From: Myxococcota bacterium
GTDB lineage: Bacteria; Myxococcota_A; UBA796; CAJQPC01
Assembly (NCBI GenBank): GCA_036012755.1
Contig: DASCPX010000070.1
Coordinates: 64,001 to 128,000, forward strand
Direction of reading: 5' to 3'
Length of the DNA stretch: 64,000 nt
Each line of letters opens with the position of its first letter. The first letter of the stretch is position 1. The position numbers and the translations under genes were made by a program. This document shows positions 38,197 through 46,381 of the stretch, one piece after another. The notes under the pieces were generated by a model. The model was not told the origin of the DNA and made no database searches. It saw nothing but the letters and a program-made list of their open reading frames with translations.

Positions 38197-40130
38197 TCCT
38201 GCTCGGGCTGCTCGGCTGTCCGGAGCCCGAACCCATCGAGGGCTGGGATGACGGCCCATGCCTGGAGGCGGCCGAGGAGCTCGGCAAGCTGCCCTGCGTG
38301 CACAACGTGCCCGACCTCGATCACTGGGTGGAGATCACGGTCTCCGCGCAGGCGGTGGACCAGACCCGGGCGACCAAGTGGATGATCCCGGCCGACCAGG
38401 ACGGGATCCCGCCCCTGGTGCTGAACTCGAACGAGTACGAGCTCCACTCCGACATGCTCGCGGAGGCCTTCGCCGACCGCTACCCGGGGCTTCAGCACGC
38501 GGACTACGTGCGCATGGTGCTGGACGACCCGCCTCGGTACTACTCGGGGAACCTGGCCCACTACATCCAGCCCGGCGGCGCTCGCGTCTTCGGCTTCACC
38601 GTCTGGGACGACCCGGCGGACGACTCCACCACCATCACCCTGGACGAGGCCCAGCTGGTCTACCAGGAGCTCCTGGAGATGGTGTCGCTGCGACCGCTGT
38701 TGTTCGTGCCGTCCTCTTCGAACCAGCGGACCGCCGTCGAGGGATGGGGCGACGCCATCCCGGTGCGCTCGGTCGATGGCGTCACCTACGAGCCCTACAC
38801 CCGCGGCTGGGGCTACGGCACGCTCACCCTGGTGGACCTGGAGGACCTCGAGGATGCCGAGTACGGCTTCCAGGACATCCTCGTGCTCGACGAGGCCCCC
38901 CTCGACATAGAGCGCGTCGTCAGCGGTGTCGTCACCGGGACTCGCCAGGCGGAGCTCTCCCACCTCAACGTGCGATCCGCCGCTCGTGGCACCCCGAACT
39001 GCTACCTCGCCGGCGCCCAGGACCAGCTCCGGGCCTGGGAGGGCCAGCTCGTCCAGTTCTGCTGTGGGGCCGACGGCATCGAGATCCGCACGGCGACCCA
39101 GGACGAAGCAGAGGCGTGGTGGGAGTCCATTCGCCCCGAGCCCGTCGAGATCGTGGAGCCGGACTTCTCGGTCGAGGACCTCGTCGGGCTCCTCGACCTC
39201 CCGACCTCCTCGGCGACCGAGCGCGAAGCTGGCGTCGCCGCATACGGCAGCAAGGGCACGAACCTGGCCACGCTCTACCAGCGCATCGACGCCGAACTCC
39301 AGCTGGAGGGTCTCCTGGTTCCGATGTCTGCCTACCAGGCACACCTGGACGACAACGGCATCGGGATCGGAGGTGACCTCGAAGATCTGCGGGCAGCGAT
39401 CGAGCAGGCGCCGAAGGACCCCGAGCTCGTCCTGGATCTCTACGACGCGATCTTGGAGGTCTACGGCGACGACACGACCATGGTGCGGTTCCGGTCATCG
39501 TCGAACGCAGAGGACGCCGTCGGTTTCTCTGGCGCGGGCCTCTACGACTCGGAGAGCGTCTGCGCCGCGGACAGCTTCGACGGCGACGACCTCGGCCCAT
39601 CCCTCTGTGATCCGGATCAGGATGAGGAGAGGACCATCGAAGCTGGCCTCGGGAGTGTCTGGGCCAGCCTCTGGACCGAGCGGGCAGTCGAGGAGCGCGC
39701 CTGGTACGGCATCGACGACGACGACGTCGCCATGGCCATCCTCGTGAACACTCGCAGCGAGGATGAGCAGGCCAACATCGTCGCGTTCACGGGAATCCCC
39801 GGATACTCGAGTGATGACCGGTACATGGTCGAGTCCCAGATCGGTGAGCTCGACGTCGTCTCGAACCGCTCTGGCACCTGGCCCGAGCGAGTGCTGCTGC
39901 AGCTCGATGGGGGCGAGGTCGTGGACATCGACCGGGTGTCAGCCTCCACCGAGGTCGATGTCGTCCTGGAAGACGCCGCGCTCGAGGAGCTGGGGTCGAA
40001 CCTCTGGGACATCGAGCAGATCTTCCCGGTCGATGGCTCGGCCGAAGGCAGGGTGCTGCTCGACACGGAGTGGAAGGTGCTCGCGGATGGGCAGCTGGTC
40101 GTGAAGCAGGTGCGGCCCTTCCTGGACTGA
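38193..40130 (+). CDS. PEP/pyruvate-binding (PPDK_N ATP-grasp) domain lipoprotein
   Basis: Leader MILLGLLGC; LSHLNV...RGTPN (His-swivel-like); YGSKG.NL, RFRSSSNAED..GFSGAGLYDS, VWASLW, DTEWK, KQVRP. Confidence 0.85.
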   Translation: MILLGLLGCPEPEPIEGWDDGPCLEAAEELGKLPCVHNVPDLDHWVEITVSAQAVDQTRATKWMIPADQDGIPPLVLNSNEYELHSDMLAEAFADRYPGLQHADYVRMVLDDPPRYYSGNLAHYIQPGGARVFGFTVWDDPADDSTTITLDEAQLVYQELLEMVSLRPLLFVPSSSNQRTAVEGWGDAIPVRSVDGVTYEPYTRGWGYGTLTLVDLEDLEDAEYGFQDILVLDEAPLDIERVVSGVVTGTRQAELSHLNVRSAARGTPNCYLAGAQDQLRAWEGQLVQFCCGADGIEIRTATQDEAEAWWESIRPEPVEIVEPDFSVEDLVGLLDLPTSSATEREAGVAAYGSKGTNLATLYQRIDAELQLEGLLVPMSAYQAHLDDNGIGIGGDLEDLRAAIEQAPKDPELVLDLYDAILEVYGDDTTMVRFRSSSNAEDAVGFSGAGLYDSESVCAADSFDGDDLGPSLCDPDQDEERTIEAGLGSVWASLWTERAVEERAWYGIDDDDVAMAILVNTRSEDEQANIVAFTGIPGYSSDDRYMVESQIGELDVVSNRSGTWPERVLLQLDGGEVVDIDRVSASTEVDVVLEDAALEELGSNLWDIEQIFPVDGSAEGRVLLDTEWKVLADGQLVVKQVRPFLD

Positions 40131-40239
40131 GTCCCACACCCCATCGAGGCGAATTCGCAGCTTCGATGCCGATCCCTCCGGATTGCGCGCTGGCGAGGAA
40201 CGTGCGAAAACGCGCCTGGAAATCCACCCGGAGCCCAAC

Positions 40240-40614
40240 ATGCGCCTTGCCGCCGCCCTCTTCCTCGTCCCGCTCGTTGCTTGCGGGACCGCCGAGACCC
40301 CTCCCGAGCCGCCTGCGCCGACAGTTGAGCCAGCCCCGCCAGCGGAGGAGGCCCAGCCTGCGGAGGCAGCCGAGCCCGCCGAAGCAGAAGCGGCGGCAAG
40401 CTACTCCTGCGCGATGCACCCCGAGGTGACCTCTGCCGAGGCAGGGGCGTGCTCGGAGTGCGGAATGGACCTCGTCGCGGTCGAGCCCGCCGAAGAGGCT
40501 GAGGGAGAGGCTGAGGGAGAGGCCGAGCCCGCCGAGGAGGCTGCCGAGGAGGCTGCCGAGGAGGCTGCCGAGGAGGCTGCCGAGGAGCCCGCAGCAGAGC
40601 CCGAAGGGACCTGA
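40240..40614 (+). CDS. acidic lipoprotein with heavy-metal-binding domain (Y-C-x-MHP...C-x-x-CGM.L)
   Basis: LVAC lipobox; YSCAMHPEV...GACSECGMDLV. Confidence 0.85.
   Translation: MRLAAALFLVPLVACGTAETPPEPPAPTVEPAPPAEEAQPAEAAEPAEAEAAASYSCAMHPEVTSAEAGACSECGMDLVAVEPAEEAEGEAEGEAEPAEEAAEEAAEEAAEEAAEEPAAEPEGT
40531..40587 (+). repeat. 12-bp tandem repeat (about 4.75 copies) encoding AEEA
   Basis: gccgaggaggct repeated. Confidence 0.9.
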
Positions 40615-40681
40615 GAGCTGTAGTCCGCGCCTTCGCCGGCACCCGAGCAGATCGGGTGCGCGGCGGAGCTGACTCTGCTGG

Positions 40682-41017
40682 TCAGCCCGTCACGGACAGG
40701 GCCATGAGCCGCACCTGGGCCATGCGGGCCTCCTGGACCCAAGCCGGTGTGAGCGCCCGTCCTTCCCAGCGCTCGAGCACCTGGGCGAGGCGTGTGATGA
40801 CCCCGATGCGAAGCTCCTGCACGGGACCACGCTCCAAGACGGGACTGCCCACCTGCCAGAGCTTGTAGCGCCCCGGGTCCTCTGTCGGGCGGGGGTCGAT
40901 GAGCCAGCGCGTACCCTCGTCGGGGAGGATCTCGATGATGCGACCATCGGCGATGGAGTGGCCGACATGCCCAAGGTCCTTGGCAGCCACCGCGTCCAGG
41001 GCGGTGCTCAGACTCAC
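40682..41017 (-). CDS. hypothetical protein (candidate immunity/accessory)
   Basis: GTGA-coupled to 41014-41739; 111 aa. Confidence 0.6.
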   Translation of the reverse strand: MSLSTALDAVAAKDLGHVGHSIADGRIIEILPDEGTRWLIDPRPTEDPGRYKLWQVGSPVLERGPVQELRIGVITRLAQVLERWEGRALTPAWVQEARMAQVRLMALSVTG

Positions 41018-41739
41018 GCCACGACCTCGTGGGCGATCGTGAGCATGCCACTGAGATCGTTCACGTTGGTGGCGTCGCGCTGGCCGATGGCGGCGCGCAC
41101 GCTGCCCTCGAGAGCCTCGCTCTCGGCGCCCTCCGCGAAGTCCAGCACCCACTTGCCACCGGCGACGTAGACATAGCCGAGCACTCCCGAGCTGCCCGAG
41201 AAGCGCAGGTGGGGCCTGGGCCGCTCGGACACAAGCTGGCTCTCTTGGACCTCCAGCTGCAGGGGTGTGAGCAGGCTGCCGGGCAGCGGCTCCTGGATCT
41301 CGTATCGAACGCGACTGAGCTGCTGGAGGACGCGGTATGCGCGCAGCGGCGGTCGCTGTTTGTCGAAGGGCTGCACCCTCTGGTCCAGGAACTGCTCTGC
41401 CTCGTGCAGGCAGAGCTTGCGCCCTCTCTCCGGCAGGGACGCCAGCACCGCCATCGCCTTCTTCTCTGCGTCGGCTGCGCTCATGGCCCGGCGCACGGGC
41501 ACCGGTCCGAGGTCCCAGGCTCGACCCGCCTTGCGGTAGTGGTCCTGGAGCGCCACGAGAGCCCGCATCCGGACCTCGCTGATGTGCATCGCGTCGCCAT
41601 GCTTGAACAAGAAGGGTGCGTCATCGTTCAGCATCCCGACCATGGCGTCCCGGTCTTTTTTGAGCCGTCGGATGCCCTCGAGGCGCCAGTCCACGGCGTC
41701 GGCCTCGAGGAGCTTGTAGTCGTCTGGCATGTCACTCAT
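41014..41739 (-). CDS. hypothetical protein (candidate immunity)
   Basis: Start overlaps the stop of the 1408-aa gene; no export signal. Confidence 0.7.
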   Translation of the reverse strand: MSDMPDDYKLLEADAVDWRLEGIRRLKKDRDAMVGMLNDDAPFLFKHGDAMHISEVRMRALVALQDHYRKAGRAWDLGPVPVRRAMSAADAEKKAMAVLASLPERGRKLCLHEAEQFLDQRVQPFDKQRPPLRAYRVLQQLSRVRYEIQEPLPGSLLTPLQLEVQESQLVSERPRPHLRFSGSSGVLGYVYVAGGKWVLDFAEGAESEALEGSVRAAIGQRDATNVNDLSGMLTIAHEVVA

Positions 41740-44700
41740 TCATGTGCTCCAGCGCGTCCATCGCGCTCACGTCGCGACCCTCGAGCGCGGCGGACTCGTA
41801 GGCTCGCTCGGAGGCCTGGAAGCTGCGCTCGAGCTCGGTGAGGCCGTCACGGGTCGCCGAGCGCGTGCTCTGGGACAGCGTCGGGGTGCTCCCGGAGGTG
41901 GCCTCCAGCGGGATGAGCTCGAAGTTGTCGTGCCCGAGGATCTCCTTGAGCCGGGCGTGGAGGTCCTGCATGTTCTCCATCGGAGCGTAGGCCCGGACGA
42001 GCCGCTGGCGCAGATCGATCGGGTCGTAGACGCTGCCTTCGCCACCCAGCATGCCGTCGGAGCTGACGCCCGGACGGCCCCGGTGATTCAGGCCCTGGCC
42101 GTCGAACTCGAACAACACCGGGTAGTTGTCGAGCTGTCCCGGGCCGCCGAGGCGCCGCGGGCTACCCTCTGGCAGCGCCAGCCTGATGTCCATCTCCGAG
42201 CGCAGCTTGCCGAGCTGGGACTGGAACTGGTCGATGTCGCGGCCGAACATCTGGCCCATGGGCCCGCCCATCTCGTTGTTGGGGATGCTGCCCCAGTTGT
42301 CCACGATGTTCTGGAGCCGGCGAATCTCGTCGTCGAGCTCGTCGAAGGTGTAGAGCTTGACGTTGTAGTGGGTGCTCGAACCGCCAGCGTCGGCGTATGC
42401 GAGCGCGGTCCCGAAGCCGGACTCGCCGCTGCCGACCGAGACGAAGTCCTTGCGGCCGGCCCGGCCGCTGAAAGCATCACCTTCTCCCGTTGCCTGTGTG
42501 ACGTTGCTCTGGTGAAGGTCCTCTGCCGAGAGGATTCGCCCTTGCGTCTCGTCGAGTCCGTCCAGCATGTCGCTGTTGGAACCGTGGTACATGGTCTGGT
42601 CGAAGTCGCCTTGGCTGGCCAGCTGTGCGACCCGCCGGGTGTAGTCGTCCATCGACTGGGGAATGAAGCCGTGGGCGTCGGTCAACGCCGCGCGAATCCG
42701 TGCGAGATCGTCTGCACCGACCTTTGCACCCAGATCGTCGAAGATCCGTGCGGCATCGTCCATCCTGTTCGCCCCTAGCGCGGCGTCGGCGCTACCGATG
42801 GCCTGGACGACGTCCATCGACATCTCCTCCAGGTCGGCCCGGACGAGTCCGTGGCGTGCCAGGTCATCCATCAGGCCCGGAATACGCCTGGCCTCGACGA
42901 ACGCGGACAGTGCCTCTGCGGGTCCACCGACGATGCCGCCGGTGGCCGCGCCGATGCCACCGCCACGAAGGACGGCGACGCCGAAGCTGCAGACGACTTC
43001 CCACACAGACTGTCGCCAGATCTGGGCGTCGGCAGCAGTCATCACGATCTCTCCGACCACACCGCTGAGGAAGCCCTCGATCGTCCCGCGCAGAGCGCCG
43101 CCTGCGAAGTTCCGGCCGGCGTAGCGCGCGGCCGCGCCGGTGGTCTCCAGCGCACCGGCGGCCATCTGGCCTGCGAGTCCGGTCCGGCTGAGTCCGACGA
43201 AGTTCGAGAAGCGCGCAGCCAGCCCGGCGCTCAGGACGGCGGTCGCACCGTCAGCGAAGCCGGTGGCTGCGTCGACGGCGCCTTCGGAGCTGATCGCGTC
43301 GTAGTGGTCTCCGGCCATGAGCTCGGAGGTGGCGACCTTCGCGGCGGCACCGGCGACGCCACCGGCGAGGGCTGCTGCGCCCCACTGGGACAGGAGGGAG
43401 CCGACTGCTGGCCCTGCGCCGCCGCCTGTGAGCACAGTGACCAGGATGCCGACCGCGATGGCGGCGACCATGCCCGCGATGTTGCGGATCATGTCGACTG
43501 TCTGGACGTGCTCCCGGTAGCGCTTGGCGAAGTTGGCATCCAGGGCTGCCAGCACTGCCAGCTCGTCGGCGGTGATCGCGCCGTCCTCCATCGCCTGGTT
43601 GTAGGCGGCGTCGAGCTGGACGGAGGCCTGGTCGCGGGTCTCGTCGGCGTCCGTGAGGCCGTCGGCCAGGGTGAAGGTCAGGAGTCCGGAGCCCAGGGCC
43701 ATCTTGTCCTGCATGCGGTGGTGGAGGATGCCCGCGGCCATCAGCCGCCCCTCCTCGGTCTTGAGCTCCTCGCGGGAGGGCAGTCCGATGAGCTGGTCCA
43801 TGGCCTGCTGCAGGTCGTCGTCCCCGAGCTCGGAGTCCATGCGCGCAAACAGCGCCTGGAACTCGCGCAGGCAGCGCTGCTGCTCCGGATCGGCTGGGGA
43901 GACCCCCTCTGACTGGAGCCAGTAGCCCATGCGATAGGTGGCTCTCTCCTCCGGGCTCAAGAGCGCGAAGGTCTGGGCGATCATCTCGTCTTCTGTGCCG
44001 TCCCAGCTCCCGCCGAAGGCCCAGTCCAGGGCGCGGTCGGTGGGGATGCGGCCGGTCTCGGCGCAGGTCCGGAGCATGTCGCGCTCCTCGGACGTCAGCC
44101 ACCCGCTGCCCATCAGCGTGCGCCAGATGGCTGGCCGCTCGCGGGTCATGCGGCCCCGGTCGTCAGATGACATGTTGCCGACGATGCGGAAGAGGCCCTC
44201 CTCGTCGGTGTCCATGCCGTAGTAGGCGTCCGAGAGGCGCTGCAGGTTGATGTCGTACTGCGTGCCCTGGGCGAAGGTCTCGGCCTCTGACTGCTCCGAA
44301 GTGTTGAGGTGGGTCAGGGCCTGCTGGACCTCCGCGTCGTTCCACAGCTGGTCGCGCAGGGTCTGGTCGCCGGCGCTGAGCCGATCGAAGGCATCGTTGA
44401 TCGAGGCCTCGTCGTCGTTCCAGAAGCCGATCGCGTCGAGGATCTGCTGCTTCGCGAGCTCGAACTGGGAGACGCCGATCTGCGAGCTGAAGGCCTGGAA
44501 CTCGTCCCCGCTGACGTCGCCGTGGAGGTCGCCGAGGAAGCCGCCCGAGACGTCGCCGTCCTCGTCACGCTCGACGGTCAGGAGGTTCGACTGGATGCCG
44601 CCGAGCTCTGAGAGGCGCTGCTCCAGCGCTGCGCGGTCCTCCTCCGACAGAGGCTGGCCGTTGGGGCCGACGTTGGTTCGCAGCAGGGCCTGGATCGTGC

Positions 44701-45958
44701 GCTCCTCGTTCGCCGAGCGCTGGGCGTGCTCGATGGTCTCGGCGACCTCTTCGTCTTCCGTTCCCCAGCCCTCCGTGGCGAGCTTCATGCGCTCTTCGAG
44801 GGCATCTGCCTCCGAGCCGAGGCACATGCGGCGAACGCTGGAGCGCTCGCTGTGGTTCATGAAGTCGAACAGGCCCGGGTTCTCGTTCCAGATGCGCCGG
44901 CGATCGCCGACGTTGAGATCGAGCAGCACGCTGTAGACGGCCTGCTCGTCGTCGTTGAACCAGTTGTTCGCGTTCTGGATGCGCTCGAGCACGACCGGGT
45001 AGAGGTTGTCCGGCTGCATGATCTTCCGAGCCTGGTAGTACTCGGTATCGTTCAGGTATTCCTGGAGGAGGCGACGCACTCGGCTGCTGTTGGCGGCCGC
45101 TGCCAGCTGGGAGCTGCTGGCGCTCCGGAGCACGTCGAGCATGCCCTCTTCGTCGCCGCTGTCCCACAGCCAGCCGGGGTCGACGTTGCTGCGCAGCCGG
45201 TCGTAGATCGACAGCTGCCGCCACAGGATCGACAGGGCCTCGCGGTACTGGCTCGAGTTGCAGTACTCGCGGAAGTCGCTCTCGAGGTTGTGGCCGGTGA
45301 TCTGGCTGTACTGGGCGCGGATCTCCTGCAGCATCAGCGTGGACTGTCCGCGGATCTGACGCAGGGCTTTTTTCTCGTCCTCCGTCCAGTGATCCAGGAG
45401 GGCGTCCTTGATCTCGTAGGCCCGGCGCCGAGCCTCCTGCCAGGTGTCGGCAGGGTCCAGCTGGACCTCGGCCGAGGGAGCCTGCTGCACCTCGATGCCT
45501 CCACCGCCGGCGGCGTCGCCTGCCTGCCGGGACTCGTGCTCGGCGGCGTCGTTGACCGAGGACTGGGTGCCCGGGGTCCCGGGCCCGAACTCGTGCTCCT
45601 GGACGAGGTGCGTGACCTCTCGGATCACCTGGGCCTTGTCGGGGTTGGTGTCCGCAAAGACCAGGACCGTGCCGCTGGCTGCAGCGCTGGCGCCGCGCCG
45701 ATCCATCTCCGCGTCCTGGCCGAGGTAGACCTGGACGTCGGACAGATCGATGCCAAAGAGGGCTTCCAGCTCCTCTCTGAAGGGCAGCGGGCTGGGTCCT
45801 CCTAGGACCCGGTCCTTCAGGGAGGACCCACCGCCGTCTCGCAGTCGCTCGGTCGCGAAGTGGTTGCCACGTGCGGCCTGGTTGCCGGGACCTTCGCCTG
45901 CACCGGTCCCGTGCTCAGCAGACCCCGACCTCGGGGACTGCTCACGTCGCTTTGCCAC
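41732..45958 (-). CDS. DUF4157 (eCIS core-like) + annexin-like repeats + hydrophobic segment + ART-like C-terminal domain; candidate polymorphic toxin
   Basis: PLPFREELEALFG.DLSDVQV...EVTHLVQ; about 7 G.(G/W).(T/D)DE.. repeats; G/A-rich TM region; YHGS...ALAYA...GE.SV..PI; AGGAG RBS. Confidence 0.8.
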   Translation of the reverse strand: MAKRREQSPRSGSAEHGTGAGEGPGNQAARGNHFATERLRDGGGSSLKDRVLGGPSPLPFREELEALFGIDLSDVQVYLGQDAEMDRRGASAAASGTVLVFADTNPDKAQVIREVTHLVQEHEFGPGTPGTQSSVNDAAEHESRQAGDAAGGGGIEVQQAPSAEVQLDPADTWQEARRRAYEIKDALLDHWTEDEKKALRQIRGQSTLMLQEIRAQYSQITGHNLESDFREYCNSSQYREALSILWRQLSIYDRLRSNVDPGWLWDSGDEEGMLDVLRSASSSQLAAAANSSRVRRLLQEYLNDTEYYQARKIMQPDNLYPVVLERIQNANNWFNDDEQAVYSVLLDLNVGDRRRIWNENPGLFDFMNHSERSSVRRMCLGSEADALEERMKLATEGWGTEDEEVAETIEHAQRSANEERTIQALLRTNVGPNGQPLSEEDRAALEQRLSELGGIQSNLLTVERDEDGDVSGGFLGDLHGDVSGDEFQAFSSQIGVSQFELAKQQILDAIGFWNDDEASINDAFDRLSAGDQTLRDQLWNDAEVQQALTHLNTSEQSEAETFAQGTQYDINLQRLSDAYYGMDTDEEGLFRIVGNMSSDDRGRMTRERPAIWRTLMGSGWLTSEERDMLRTCAETGRIPTDRALDWAFGGSWDGTEDEMIAQTFALLSPEERATYRMGYWLQSEGVSPADPEQQRCLREFQALFARMDSELGDDDLQQAMDQLIGLPSREELKTEEGRLMAAGILHHRMQDKMALGSGLLTFTLADGLTDADETRDQASVQLDAAYNQAMEDGAITADELAVLAALDANFAKRYREHVQTVDMIRNIAGMVAAIAVGILVTVLTGGGAGPAVGSLLSQWGAAALAGGVAGAAAKVATSELMAGDHYDAISSEGAVDAATGFADGATAVLSAGLAARFSNFVGLSRTGLAGQMAAGALETTGAAARYAGRNFAGGALRGTIEGFLSGVVGEIVMTAADAQIWRQSVWEVVCSFGVAVLRGGGIGAATGGIVGGPAEALSAFVEARRIPGLMDDLARHGLVRADLEEMSMDVVQAIGSADAALGANRMDDAARIFDDLGAKVGADDLARIRAALTDAHGFIPQSMDDYTRRVAQLASQGDFDQTMYHGSNSDMLDGLDETQGRILSAEDLHQSNVTQATGEGDAFSGRAGRKDFVSVGSGESGFGTALAYADAGGSSTHYNVKLYTFDELDDEIRRLQNIVDNWGSIPNNEMGGPMGQMFGRDIDQFQSQLGKLRSEMDIRLALPEGSPRRLGGPGQLDNYPVLFEFDGQGLNHRGRPGVSSDGMLGGEGSVYDPIDLRQRLVRAYAPMENMQDLHARLKEILGHDNFELIPLEATSGSTPTLSQSTRSATRDGLTELERSFQASERAYESAALEGRDVSAMDALEHMNE

Positions 45959-46227
45959 GTGTTCTCCTGGTGCATGACGGAAATGTACCAGCCCGAGCGT
46001 GATCTCGCCCGCCGATCTGAGCTTGGATCAGGGAGGGGCCGCGGGTTGGGATTCCCGCGACCCCAGAACGGTCCGTGCTCGAACCGCAGCGCCGGAACGC
46101 TTATGTCCTGAACTGCTGCATCTGGTGTGGCAACCGGGCGTCGGCCGGGGTTCAGAGGAGGGGGAGGAGAGTGGCCTCGGGGGCCTGCGTCGACGAGGGG
46201 AGTGCGCGAGGGCGGTGTCGCACGCAG

Positions 46228-46276
46228 GCACAACATATTGGGGGTCGAATCGGGTGGTCAACCCAAGACCTTGGGG
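46228..46276. promoter_or_regulatory. tandem NrdR-box-like sites
   Basis: gcaCaAcATaTtGggg (46228-46243) and accCaAgAccTtGggg (46261-46276), 33 bp apart, vs acaCwAtATaTwGtgt. Confidence 0.5.
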
Positions 46277-46381
46277 TCTGGCTGAAAGCGGTGGGGGAGG
46301 GCGCTCGCGGCGATCGGTACCCGATCGTCGAGACGATCACCCCCGCTCGTTCCGGGCCGTCGGGACGCTAAGCTGTCGCCC

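Noticed and set aside
40191..40206. TGGCGA-GGAAC-GTGCG as a sigma-54 promoter for the metal-binding lipoprotein
   Set aside because: Only GG-N10-GC spacing with several mismatches; too likely by chance at this GC content
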